The notes below the pieces were generated by a model. It did no database searches. It saw only the letters and a program-made list of their open reading frames with translations, and had not been told where the DNA came from. This document shows positions 40,801 to 56,200 of a DNA stretch of 64,000 bases, piece by piece. Origin of the DNA: Eledone cirrhosa (lineage: Eukaryota); assembly GCA_964016885.1 (NCBI GenBank), contig OZ024754.1:21390001-21454000 (forward strand). The letters run 5' to 3'. The translations under genes were made by a program, and so were the position numbers. How positions within the stretch are numbered: the stretch's first letter is position 1; the number at the start of each line of letters is the position of its first letter.

Positions 40801-43800
40801 TATTAACTACAGTTTTAATAAATTGCCTAAATGTTAGGTATATACTATATTAACTACAGTTTAAATAAATTGTCTAGATGTTAAGTATATACTATATTAA
40901 CTACAGTTTTAATAAATTGTCTAGATGTTAAGTATATACTATATTAACTACAGTTTTAATAAATTGTCTAGATGTTAAGTATATACTATATTAACTACAG
41001 TTTTAATAAATTGTCTAGATGTTCAGTATATACTATATTAACTACAGTTTTAATAAATTGTCTAGATGTTAAGTATATACTATATTAACTACAGTTTTAA
41101 TAAATTGTCTAGATGTTAAGTATATACTATATTAACTAGTTTTAATAAATTGTCTAGATGTTAAGTATATAGTCTATTAACCACTGTTTTAATAAATTGT
41201 CTAGATGTTAAGTATATACTATATTAACTAGTTTTAATAAATTGTCTAGATGTTAAGTATATACTATATTAACTAGTTTTAATAAATTGTCTAGATGTTC
41301 AGTATATACTATATTAACTAGTTTTAATAAATTGTCTAGATGTTAAGTATATACTATATTAACTACAGTTTTAATAAATTGTCTAAATGTTAAGTATATA
41401 CTATATAAACTACAGTTTAAATAAATTGTCTAGATGTTAAATATATACTATATTAACTACAGTTTTAATAAATTGTCTAGATGTTAAGTATATACTCTAT
41501 TAACCACAGTTTTAATAAATTGTCTAGATGTTATGTATATACTATATTAACTACAGTTTAAATAAATTGTCTAGATGTTAAGTATGTACTATATTAACTA
41601 CAGTTTTAATAAATTATCTAGATGTTAAGTATATACTATATTAACTACAGTTTTAGTAAATTGTCTAGATGTTAAGTATATACTATATTAACTACAGTTT
41701 TAATAAATTGTCTAAATGTTAAGTATATACTATATTAACTACAGTTTAAATAAATTGTCTAGATGTTAAGTATATACTATATTAATTACAGTTTTAATAA
41801 ATTGTCTAGATGTTAAGTATATACTATATTAACTCCAGTTTTAATAAATTGTCTAGATGTTAAGTATATACTATATTAACTACAGTTTTAATAAATTGTC
41901 TAGATGTTAAGTATATACTATATTAACTACAGTTTTAATAAATTGTCTAGATGTTAAGTATATACTATATTAACTAGTTTTAATAAATTGTTTAGATTTT
42001 AAGTATATACTATATTAACTACAGTTTTAATAAATTGTCTAGATGTTAAGTATATACTATATTAACTAGTTTTAATGAATTGTCTAGATATTAAGTATAT
42101 ACTATATTAACTACAGTTTTAATAAATTGTCTAGATGTTAAGTATATACTATATTAACTACAGTTTTAATAAATTGTCTAGATGTTAAGTATATACTATA
42201 TTAACTACAGTTTTAATAAATTGTCTAGATGTTAAGTATATACTATATTAACTAGTTTTAATAAATTGTCTAGATGTTAAGTATATACTATATTAACTAC
42301 AGTTTTAATAAATTGTTTAAATGTTAAGTATATACTATATTAACTACAGTTTAAATAAATTGTCTAGATGTTAAGTATATACTATATTAACTACAGTTTT
42401 AATAAATTGTCTAGATGTTAAGTATATACTATATTAACTCCAGTTTTAATAAATTGTCTAGATGTTAAGTATATACTATATTAACTACAGTTTTAATAAA
42501 TTGTCTAGATGTTAAGTATATACTATATTAACTAGTTTTAATAAATTGTCTAGATGTTAAGTATATACTATATTAACTGCAGTTTTAATAAATTGTCTAG
42601 ATGTTAAGTATATACTATATTAACTAGTTTTAATAAATCGTCTAGATATTAAGTATATACTATATTAACTACAGTTTTAATAAATTGTCTAGATGTTAAG
42701 TATATACTATATTAACTACAGTTTTAATAAATTGTCTAGATGTTAAGTATATACTATATTAACTACAGTTTTAATAAATTGCCTAAATGTTAGGTATATA
42801 CTATATTAACTACAGTTTAAATAAATTGTCTAGATGTTAAGTATATACTATATTAACTACAGTTTTAATAAATTGTCTAGATGTTAAGTATATACTATAT
42901 TAACTACAGTTTTAATAAATTGTCTAGATGTTAAGTATATACTATATTAACTACAGTTTTAATAAATTGTCTAGATGTTCAGTATATACTATATTAACTA
43001 CAGTTTTAATAAATTGTCTAGATGTTAAGTATATACTATATTAACTACAGTTTTAATAAATTGTCTAGATGTTAAGTATATACTATATTAACTAGTTTTA
43101 ATAAATTGTCTAGATGTTAAGTATATAGTCTATTAACCACTGTTTTAATAAATTGTCTAGATGTTAAGTATATACTATATTAACTAGTTTTAATAAATTG
43201 TCTAGATGTTCAGTATATACTATATTAACTAGTTTTAATAAATTGTCTAGATGTTAAGTATATACTATATTAACTACAGTTTTAATAAATTGTCTAAATG
43301 TTAAGTATATACTATATAAACTACAGTTTAAATAAATTGTCTAGATGTTAAATATATACTATATTAACTACAGTTTTAATAAATTGTCTAGATGTTAAGT
43401 ATATACTCTATTAACCACAGTTTTAATAAATTGTCTAGATGTTAAGTATATACTATATTAACTACAGTTTAAATAAATTGTCTAGATGTTAAGTATGTAC
43501 TATATTAACTACAGTTTTAATAAATTATCTAGATGTTAAGTATATACTATATTAACTACAGTTTTAATAAATTGTCTAGATGTTAAGTATATACTATATT
43601 AACTACAGTTTTAATAAATTGTCTAGATGTTAAGTATATACTATATTAACTACAGTTTTAATAAATTGTCTAGATGTTCAGTATATACTATATTAACTAC
43701 AGTTTTAATAAATTGTCTAGATGTTAAGTATATACTATATTAACTACAGTTTTAATAAATTGTCTAGATGTTAAGTATATACTATATTAACTAGTTTTAA

Positions 43801-46800
43801 TAAATTGTCTAGATGTTAAGTATATAGTCTATTAACCACTGTTTTAATAAATTGTCTAGATGTTAAGTATATACTATATTAACTAGTTTTAATAAATTGT
43901 CTAGATGTTAAGTATATACTATATTAACTAGTTTTAATAAATTGTCTAGATGTTCAGTATATACTATATTAACTAGTTTTAATAAATTGTCTAGATGTTA
44001 AGTATATACTATATTAACTACAGTTTTAATAAATTGTCTAAATGTTAAGTATATACTATATAAACTACAGTTTAAATAAATTGTCTAGATGTTAAATATA
44101 TACTATATTAACTACAGTTTTAATAAATTGTCTAGATGTTAAGTATATACTCTATTAACCACAGTTTTAATAAATTGTCTAGATGTTATGTATATACTAT
44201 ATTAACTACAGTTTAAATAAATTGTCTAGATGTTAAGTATGTACTATATTAACTACAGTTTTAATAAATTATCTAGATGTTAAGTATATACTATATTAAC
44301 TACAGTTTTAATAAATTGTCTAGATGTTAAGTATATACTATATTAACTACAGTTTTAATAAATTGTCTAAATGTTAAGTATATACTATATTAACTACAGT
44401 TTAAATAAATTGTCTAGATGTTAAGTATATACTATATTAATTACAGTTTTAATAAATTGTCTAGATGTTAAGTATATACTATATTAACTCCAGTTTTAAT
44501 AAATTGTCTAGATGTTAAGTATATACTATATTAACTACAGTTTTAATAAATTGTCTAGATGTTAAGTATATACTATATTAACTACAGTTTTAATAAATTG
44601 TCTAGATGTTAAGTATATACTATATTAACTAGTTTTAATAAATTGTTTAGATTTTAAGTATATACTATATTAACTACAGTTTTAATAAATTGTCTAGATG
44701 TTAAGTATATACTATATTAACTAGTTTTAATGAATTGTCTAGATATTAAGTATATACTATATTAACTACAGTTTTAATAAATTGTCTAGATGTTAAGTAT
44801 ATACTATATTAACTACAGTTTTAATAAATTGTCTAGATGTTAAGTATATACTATATTAACTACAGTTTTAATAAATTGTCTAGATGTTAAGTATATACTA
44901 TATTAACTAGTTTTAATAAATTGTCTAGATGTTAAGTATATACTATATTAACTACAGTTTTAATAAATTGTTTAAATGTTAAGTATATACTATATTAACT
45001 ACAGTTTAAATAAATTGTCTAGATGTTAAGTATATACTATATTAACTACAGTTTTAATAAATTGTCTAGATGTTAAGTATATACTATATTAACTCCAGTT
45101 TTAATAAATTGTCTAGATGTTAAGTATATACTATATTAACTACAGTTTTAATAAATTGTCTAGATGTTAAGTATATACTATATTAACTAGTTTTAATAAA
45201 TTGTCTAGATGTTAAGTATATACTATATTAACTGCAGTTTTAATAAATTGTCTAGATGTTAAGTATATACTATATTAACTAGTTTTAATAAATCGTCTAG
45301 ATATTAAGTATATACTATATTAACTACAGTTTTAATAAATTGTCTAGATGTTAAGTATATACTATATTAACTACAGTTTTAATAAATTGTCTAGATGTTA
45401 AGTATATACTATATTAACTACAGTTTTAATAAATTGCCTAAATGTTAGGTATATACTATATTAACTACAGTTTAAATAAATTGTCTAGATGTTAAGTATA
45501 TACTATATTAACTACAGTTTTAATAAATTGTCTAGATGTTAAGTATATACTATATTAACTACAGTTTTAATAAATTGTCTAGATGTTAAGTATATACTAT
45601 ATTAACTACAGTTTTAATAAATTGTCTAGATGTTCAGTATATACTATATTAACTACAGTTTTAATAAATTGTCTAGATGTTAAGTATATACTATATTAAC
45701 TACAGTTTTAATAAATTGTCTAGATGTTAAGTATATACTATATTAACTAGTTTTAATAAATTGTCTAGATGTTAAGTATATAGTCTATTAACCACTGTTT
45801 TAATAAATTGTCTAGATGTTAAGTATATACTATATTAACTAGTTTTAATAAATTGTCTAGATGTTCAGTATATACTATATTAACTAGTTTTAATAAATTG
45901 TCTAGATGTTAAGTATATACTATATTAACTACAGTTTTAATAAATTGTCTAAATGTTAAGTATATACTATATAAACTACAGTTTAAATAAATTGTCTAGA
46001 TGTTAAATATATACTATATTAACTACAGTTTTAATAAATTGTCTAGATGTTAAGTATATACTCTATTAACCACAGTTTTAATAAATTGTCTAGATGTTAA
46101 GTATATACTATATTAACTACAGTTTAAATAAATTGTCTAGATGTTAAGTATGTACTATATTAACTACAGTTTTAATAAATTATCTAGATGTTAAGTATAT
46201 ACTATATTAACTACAGTTTTAATAAATTGTCTAGATGTTAAGTATATACTATATTAACTACAGTTTTAATAAATTGTCTAAATGTTAAGTATATACTATA
46301 TTAACTACAGTTTAAATAAATTGTCTAGATGTTAAGTATATACTATATTAATTACAGTTTTAATAAATTGTCTAGATGTTAAGTATATACTATATTAACT
46401 CCAGTTTTAATAAATTGTCTAGATGTTAAGTATATACTATATTAACTACAGTTTTAATAAATTGTCTAGATGTTAAGTATATACTATATTAACTACAGTT
46501 TTAATAAATTGTCTAGATGTTAAGTATATACTATATTAACTAGTTTTAATAAATTGTTTAGATGTTAAGTATATACTATATTAACTACAGTTTTAATAAA
46601 TTGTCTAGATGTTAAGTATATACTATATTAACTAGTTTTAATGAATTGTCTAGATATTAAGTATATACTATATTAACTACAGTTTTAATAAATTGTCTAG
46701 ATGTTAAGTATATACTATATTAACTACAGTTTTAATAAATTGTCTAGATGTTAAGTATATACTATATTAACTACAGTTTTAATAAATTGTCTAGATGTTA

Positions 46801-46867
46801 AGTATATACTATATTAACTAGTTTTAATAAATTGTCTAGATGTTAAGTATATACTATATTAACTTCA

Positions 46868-46930
46868 GTATATACTATATTATATACTATACTATATTAT
46901 ATACTATACTATACTATATACTTAAGTATA
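46868..46930. repeat. (TATAC)n micro-expansion inside a satellite monomer; also at ~51069 and ~59650
   Basis: GTATATACTATATTATATACTATACTATATTATATACTATACTATACTATACTTAAGTATA replaces normal monomer sequence. Three copies, at offsets +4201 and +12782. Confidence 0.88.
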
Positions 46931-48179
46931 TACTATATTAACTAGTTTTAATAAATTGTCTAGATGTTAAGTATATACTATATTAACTCCAGTTTTATAA
47001 GTATATACTATATTAACTACAGTTTTAATAAATTGTCTAGATGTTAAGTATATACTATATTAACTAGTTTTAATAAATTGTCTAGATGTTACGTATATAC
47101 TATATTAACTACAGTTTTAATAAATTGTCTAGATGTTAAGTTTATACTATATTAACTACAGTTTTAATAAATTGTCTAAATGTTAAGTATATACTATATT
47201 AACTACAGTTTTAATCAATTGTCTAGATGTTAAGTATATACTATATTAACTACAGTTTTAATAAATTGTCTAGATGTTAAGTATATACTATATTAACTAC
47301 AGTTTTATAAGTATAAACTATATTAACTACAGTTTTAATAAATTGTCTAGATGTTAAGTATATACTATATTAACTACAATTTTAATAAATTGTCTAGATG
47401 TTAAGTTTATACTATATTAACTCCAGTTTTAATAAATTGTCTAGATGTTAAGTATATACTATATTAACTACAGTTTTAATAAATTGTCTAGATGTTAAGT
47501 ATATACTATATTAACTACAGTTTTAATAAATTGTCTCGATGTTAAGTATATACTATATTAACTAGTTTTAATAAATTGTCTAGATGTCAAGTATATACTA
47601 TAGTAACTACAGTTTTAATAAATTGTCTAGATGTTAAGTATATACTATATTAACTACAGTTTTAATAAATTGTCTAGATGTTAAGTATATACTATATTAA
47701 CTAGTTTTAATAAATCGTCTAGATATTAAGTATATACTATATTAACTACAGTTTTAATCAATTGTCTAGATGTTAAGTATATACTATATTAACTACAGTT
47801 TTAATAAATTGTCTAGATGTTAAGTATATACTATATTAACTACAGTTTTAATAAATTGTCTAGATGTTAAGTATATACTATATTAACTCCAGTTTTAATA
47901 AATTGTCTAGATGTTAAGTATATACTATATTAACTAGTTTTAATAAATTGTCTAGATGTTAAGTATATACTATATTAACTAGTTTTAATAAATTGTCTAG
48001 ATGTTAAGTATATACTATATTAACTACAGTTTTAATAAATTGTCTAGATGTTAAGTATATACTATATTAACTACAGTTTTAATAAATTGTCTAGATGTTA
48101 AGAATATACTATATTAACTTCAGTATATACTATATTAACTAGTTTTAATAAATTGTCTAGATGTTAAGTATATACTATA

Positions 48180-49056
48180 CTAGCAGTAAAGCCCGGCGTT
48201 GCTCGGGGTCGCTCAGTAGCTGTGTTAAAGTTACAATGTTAAGTTTCTTTCTTGGCTTAAAAACTGTAGTGTCTACTGTGCAGACTTGCATGTGGTGTTT
48301 TTGATTAATATTCCCTCAACCAACAATATGCCTTATGAAGTTAAGAAAACATAACGATAACCCGAATGTTATAACAAAAGAGGATGCTGGGGATAGAAAC
48401 TGCACTGGTTATTTATTAACAAAGATCGAAAATGTAAACACTGCAACGCAGAGAAAAACATTAACGTAACCAAATTATCAGTTATGTCTGTCTGCACGCC
48501 TATATCACCTCTCTGCACGACTGTCTGTCTGCACGCCTATATCACCTCTCTGCACGACTGTCTGTCTGCACGCGTATATCACCTCTCTGCACGACTGTCT
48601 GTCTGCACGACTGTCTGTCTGCACGCCTAACGACGAAATATTTGCTTGTTTTACGTAGTCTTTAAATAGACTTGTTTTCAAGTAAAAATATTGTTTTAAG
48701 ATGCTTTTAAATGGAAATGAAGCAAAACGGAAGCTTAGTGTTCGAACTGATGAATTTTGGAGGTCAATATTTTGCTGGCTCGACAACTGTTAAAGCCAGC
48801 GTAATTTTTTACGTAAGACGCTCAATGTAAACAGAACAAAGGGAAATAACTGATAACTTACGCTCAAAAATCGATACATTATATTCGATTTCGTCACATA
48901 GGGTGGGTCAATTTGAAATTTTTTTTTTCCGATTTCTTCGCTAGGGCTCAATGTACAAGTATAGCAATTTCGGTGCAATTCCGTGAGAGATTCTAAGAGG
49001 AGATGTGTGCCAAAAATCGATAGACAGACAGACAACCACAGTTTTATATATATAGA
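48180..49056 (-). mobile_element. Helitron subtype B, copy 8
   Basis: Subtype B alleles. Confidence 0.9.
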
Positions 49057-52000
49057 TTAACTAGTTTTAATAAATTGTCTAGATGTTAAGTATATACTAT
49101 ATTAACTACAGTTTTAATAAATTGTCTAGATGTTAAGTATATACTATATTAACTACAGTTTTAATAAATTATCTAGATGTTAAGTATATACTATATTAAC
49201 TACAGTTTTAATAAATTGTCTAGATGTTAAGTATATCCTATATTAACTAGTTTTAATAAATTGTCTAGATGTTAAGTATATACTCTATTAACCACAGTTT
49301 TAATAAATTGTCTAGATATTAAGTATATACTATATTAACTACAGTTTTAATAAATTGTCTAAATGTTAAGTATATACTATATTAACTACAGTTTTAATAA
49401 ATTGTCTAGATGTTAAGTATATACTATATTAACTACAGTTTTAATAAATTGTCTAGATGTTAAGTATATACTATATTAACTACAGTTTTAATAAATTGTC
49501 TAGATGTTAAGTATATACTATATTAACTACAGTTTTAATAAATTGTCTAGATGTTAAGTATATACTATATTAACTAGTTTTAATAAATTGTCTAGATGTT
49601 AAGTATATACTCTATTAACCACAGTTTTAATAAATTGTCTAGATGTTAAGTATATACTATATTAACTACAGTTTTAATAAATTGTCTAAATGTTAAGTAT
49701 ATACTATATTAACTACAGTTTAAATAAATTGTCTAGATGTTAAGTATATACTATATTAACTACAGTTTTAATAAATTGTCTAGATGTTAAGTATATACTA
49801 TATTAACTACAGTTTTAATAAATTGTCTAGATGTTAAGTATATACTATATTAACTACAGTTTTAATAAATTGTCTAAATGTTAAGTATATACTATATTAA
49901 CTACAGTTTAAATAAATTGTCTAGATGTTAAGTATATACTATATTAACTACAGTTTTAATAAATTGTCTAGATGTTAAGTATATACTATATTAACTCCAG
50001 TTTTAATAAATTGTCTAGATGTTAAGTATATACTATATTAACTACAGTTTTAATAAATTGTCTAGATGTTAAGTATATACTATATTAACTTCAGTTTTAA
50101 TAAATTGTCTAGATGTTAAGTATATACTATATTAACTAGTTTTAATAAATTGTCTAGATGTTAAGTATATACTATATTAACTACGGTTTTAATAGATTGT
50201 CTAGATGTTAAATATATACTATATTAACTACAGTTTTAATAAATTGCCTAAATGTTAGGTATATACTATATTAACTACAGTTTAAATAAATTGTCTAGAT
50301 GTTAAGTATATACTATATTAACTACAGTTTTAATAAATTGTCTAGATGTTAAGTATATACTATATTAACTACAGTTTTAATAAATTGTCTAGATGTTAAG
50401 TATATACTATATTAACTACAGTTTTAATAAATTGTCTAGATGTTCAGTATATACTATATTAACTACAGTTTTAATAAATTGTCTAGATGTTAAGTATATA
50501 CTATATTAACTACAGTTTTAATAAATTGTCTAGATGTTAAGTATATACTATATTAACTACAGTTTTAATAAATTGTCTAGATGTTAAGTATATACTATAT
50601 TAACTACAGTTTTAATAAATTGTCTAGATGTTAAGTATATACTATATTAACTAGTTTTAATAAATTGTCTAGATGTTGAGTATATACTCTATTAACCACA
50701 GTTTTAATAAATTGTCTAGATGTTAAGTATATACTATATTAACTAGTTTTAATAAATTGTCTAGATGTTAAGTATATACTATATTAACTAGTTTTAATAA
50801 ATTGTCTAGATGTTAAGTATATACTATATTAACTAGTTTTAATGAATTGTCTAGATATTAAGTATATACTATATTAACTACAGTTTTAATAAATTGTCTA
50901 GATGTTAAGTATATACTATATTAACTACAGTTTTAATAAATTGTCTAGATGTTAAGTATATACTATATTAACTACAGTTTTAATAAATTGTCTAGATGTT
51001 AAGTATATACTATATTAACTAGTTTTAATAAATTGTCTAGATGTTAAGTATATACTATATTAACTTCAGTATATACTATATTATATACTATACTATATTA
51101 TATACTATACTATACTATATACTTAAGTATATACTATATTAACTAGTTTTAATAAATTGTCTAGATGTTAAGTATATACTATATTAACTCCAGTTTTATA
51201 AGTATATACTATATTAACTACAGTTTTAATAAATTGTCTAGATGTTAAGTATATACTATATTAACTAGTTTTAATAAATTGTCTAGATGTTACGTATATA
51301 CTATATTAACTACAGTTTTAATAAATTGTCTAGATGTTAAGTTTATACTATATTAACTACAGTTTTAATAAATTGTCTAAATGTTAAGTATATACTATAT
51401 TAACTACAGTTTTAATCAATTGTCTAGATGTTAAGTATATACTATATTAACTACAGTTTTAATAAATTGTCTAGATGTTAAGTATATACTATATTAACTA
51501 CAGTTTTATAAGTATAAACTATATTAACTACAGTTTTAATAAATTGTCTAGATGTTAAGTATATACTATATTAACTACAATTTTAATAAATTGTCTAGAT
51601 GTTAAGTTTATACTATATTAACTCCAGTTTTAATAAATTGTCTAGATGTTAAGTATATACTATATTAACTACAGTTTTAATAAATTGTCTAGATGTTAAG
51701 TATATACTATATTAACTACAGTTTTAATAAATTGTCTCGATGTTAAGTATATACTATATTAACTAGTTTTAATAAATTGTCTAGATGTCAAGTATATACT
51801 ATAGTAACTACAGTTTTAATAAATTGTCTAGATGTTAAGTATATACTATATTAACTACAGTTTTAATAAATTGTCTAGATGTTAAGTATATACTATATTA
51901 ACTAGTTTTAATAAATCGTCTAGATATTAAGTATATACTATATTAACTACAGTTTTAATCAATTGTCTAGATGTTAAGTATATACTATATTAACTACAGT

Positions 52001-52380
52001 TTTAATAAATTGTCTAGATGTTAAGTATATACTATATTAACTACAGTTTTAATAAATTGTCTAGATGTTAAGTATATACTATATTAACTCCAGTTTTAAT
52101 AAATTGTCTAGATGTTAAGTATATACTATATTAACTAGTTTTAATAAATTGTCTAGATGTTAAGTATATACTATATTAACTAGTTTTAATAAATTGTCTA
52201 GATGTTAAGTATATACTATATTAACTACAGTTTTAATAAATTGTCTAGATGTTAAGTATATACTATATTAACTACAGTTTTAATAAATTGTCTAGATGTT
52301 AAGAATATACTATATTAACTTCAGTATATACTATATTAACTAGTTTTAATAAATTGTCTAGATGTTAAGTATATACTATA

Positions 52381-53257
52381 CTAGCAGTAAAGCCCGGCGT
52401 TGCTCGGGGTCGCTCAGTAGCTGTGTTAAAGTTACAATGTTAAGTTTCTTTCTTGGCTTAAAAACTGTAGTGTCTACTGTGCAGACTTGCATGTGGTGTT
52501 TTTGATTAATATTCCCTCAACCAACAATATGCCTTATGAAGTTAAGAAAACATAACGATAACCCGAATGTTATAACAAAAGAGGATGCTGGGGATAGAAA
52601 CTGCACTGGTTATTTATTAACAAAGATCGAAAATGTAAACACTGCAACGCAGAGAAAAACATTAACGTAACCAAATTATCAGTTATGTCTGTCTGCACGC
52701 CTATATCACCTCTCTGCACGACTGTCTGTCTGCACGCCTATATCACCTCTCTGCACGACTGTCTGTCTGCACGCGTATATCACCTCTCTGCACGACTGTC
52801 TGTCTGCACGACTGTCTGTCTGCACGCCTAACGACGAAATATTTGCTTGTTTTACGTAGTCTTTAAATAGACTTGTTTTCAAGTAAAAATATTGTTTTAA
52901 GATGCTTTTAAATGGAAATGAAGCAAAACGGAAGCTTAGTGTTCGAACTGATGAATTTTGGAGGTCAATATTTTGCTGGCTCGACAACTGTTAAAGCCAG
53001 CGTAATTTTTTACGTAAGACGCTCAATGTAAACAGAACAAAGGGAAATAACTGATAACTTACGCTCAAAAATCGATACATTATATTCGATTTCGTCACAT
53101 AGGGTGGGTCAATTTGAAATTTTTTTTTTCCGATTTCTTCGCTAGGGCTCAATGTACAAGTATAGCAATTTCGGTGCAATTCCGTGAGAGATTCTAAGAG
53201 GAGATGTGTGCCAAAAATCGATAGACAGACAGACAACCACAGTTTTATATATATAGA
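52381..53257 (-). mobile_element. Helitron subtype B, copy 9
   Basis: Subtype B alleles. Offset +4201 from copy 8 and +15437 from copy 7. Confidence 0.9.
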
Positions 53258-56200
53258 TTAACTAGTTTTAATAAATTGTCTAGATGTTAAGTATATACTA
53301 TATTAACTACAGTTTTAATAAATTGTCTAGATGTTAAGTATATACTATATTAACTACAGTTTTAATAAATTATCTAGATGTTAAGTATATACTATATTAA
53401 CTACAGTTTTAATAAATTGTCTAGATGTTAAGTATATCCTATATTAACTAGTTTTAATAAATTGTCTAGATGTTAAGTATATACTCTATTAACCACAGTT
53501 TTAATAAATTGTCTAGATATTAAGTATATACTATATTAACTACAGTTTTAATAAATTGTCTAAATGTTAAGTATATACTATATTAACTACAGTTTTAATA
53601 AATTGTCTAGATGTTAAGTATATACTATATTAACTACAGTTTTAATAAATTGTCTAGATGTTAAGTATATACTATATTAACTACAGTTTTAATAAATTGT
53701 CTAGATGTTAAGTATATACTATATTAACTACAGTTTTAATAAATTGTCTAGATGTTAAGTATATACTATATTAACTAGTTTTAATAAATTGTCTAGATGT
53801 TAAGTATATACTCTATTAACCACAGTTTTAATAAATTGTCTAGATGTTAAGTATATACTATATTAACTACAGTTTTAATAAATTGTCTAAATGTTAAGTA
53901 TATACTATATTAACTACAGTTTAAATAAATTGTCTAGATGTTAAGTATATACTATATTAACTACAGTTTTAATAAATTGTCTAGATGTTAAGTATATACT
54001 ATATTAACTACAGTTTTAATAAATTGTCTAGATGTTAAGTATATACTATATTAACTACAGTTTTAATAAATTGTCTAAATGTTAAGTATATACTATATTA
54101 ACTACAGTTTAAATAAATTGTCTAGATGTTAAGTATATACTATATTAACTACAGTTTTAATAAATTGTCTAGATGTTAAGTATATACTATATTAACTCCA
54201 GTTTTAATAAATTGTCTAGATGTTAAGTATATACTATATTAACTACAGTTTTAATAAATTGTCTAGATGTTAAGTATATACTATATTAACTTCAGTTTTA
54301 ATAAATTGTCTAGATGTTAAGTATATACTATATTAACTAGTTTTAATAAATTGTCTAGATGTTAAGTATATACTATATTAACTACGGTTTTAATAGATTG
54401 TCTAGATGTTAAATATATACTATATTAACTACAGTTTTAATAAATTGCCTAAATGTTAGGTATATACTATATTAACTACAGTTTAAATAAATTGTCTAGA
54501 TGTTAAGTATATACTATATTAACTACAGTTTTAATAAATTGTCTAGATGTTAAGTATATACTATATTAACTACAGTTTTAATAAATTGTCTAGATGTTAA
54601 GTATATACTATATTAACTACAGTTTTAATAAATTGTCTAGATGTTCAGTATATACTATATTAACTACAGTTTTAATAAATTGTCTAGATGTTAAGTATAT
54701 ACTATATTAACTACAGTTTTAATAAATTGTCTAGATGTTAAGTATATACTATATTAACTACAGTTTTAATAAATTGTCTAGATGTTAAGTATATACTATA
54801 TTAACTACAGTTTTAATAAATTGTCTAGATGTTAAGTATATACTATATTAACTAGTTTTAATAAATTGTCTAGATGTTGAGTATATACTCTATTAACCAC
54901 AGTTTTAATAAATTGTCTAGATGTTAAGTATATACTATATTAACTAGTTTTAATAAATTGTCTAGATGTTAAGTATATACTATATTAACTAGTTTTAATA
55001 AATTGTCTAGATGTTAAGTATATACTATATTAACTAGTTTTAATAAATTGTCTAGATGTTAAGTAAATACTATATTAACTACAGTTTTAATAAATTGTCT
55101 AAATGTTAAGTATATACTATATTAACTACAGTTTAAATAAATTGTCTAGATGTTAAGTATATACTATATTAACTACAGTTTTAATAAATTGTCTAGATGT
55201 TAAGTATATACTCTATTAACCACAGTTTTAATAAATTGTCTAGATGTTAAGTATATACTATATTAACTACAGTTTTAATAAATTGTCTAAATGTTAAGTA
55301 TATACTATATTAACTACAGTTTAAATAAATTGTCTAGATGTTAAGTATATACTATATTAACTACAGTTTTAATAAATTGTCTAGATGTTAAGTATATACT
55401 ATATTAACTACAGTTTTAATAAATTGTCTAGATGTTAAGTATATACTATATTAACTACAGTTTTAATAAATTGTTTAAATGTTAAGTATATACTATATTA
55501 ACTACAGTTTAAATAAATTGTCTAGATGTTAAGTATATACTATATTAACTACAGTTTTAATAAATTGTCTAGATGTTAAGTATATACTATATTAACTCCA
55601 GTTTTAATAAATTGTCTAGATGTTAAGTATATACTATATTAACTACAGTTTTAATAAATTGTCTAGATGTTAAGTATATACTATATTAACTAGTTTTAAT
55701 AAATTGTCTAGATGTTAAGTATATACTATATTAACTGCAGTTTTAATAAATTGTCTAGATGTTAAGTATATACTATATTAACTAGTTTTAATAAATCGTC
55801 TAGATATTAAGTATATACTATATTAACTACAGTTTTAATAAATTGTCTAGATGTTAAGTATATACTATATTAACTACAGTTTTAATAAATTGTCTAGATG
55901 TTAAGTATATACTATATTAACTACAGTTTTAATAAATTATCTAGATGTTAAGTATATACTATATTAACTAGTTTTAATAAATTGTCTAGATGTTAAGTAT
56001 ATACTATATTAACTAGTTTTAATAAATTGTCTAGATATTAAGTATATACTATATTAACTACAGTTTTAATAAATTGTCTAGATGTTAAGTATATACTATA
56101 TTAACTACAGTTTTAATAAATTGTCTAGATGTTAAGTATATACTATATTAACTAGTTTTAATAAATTGTCTAGATGTTAAGTATATACTATATTAACTAC

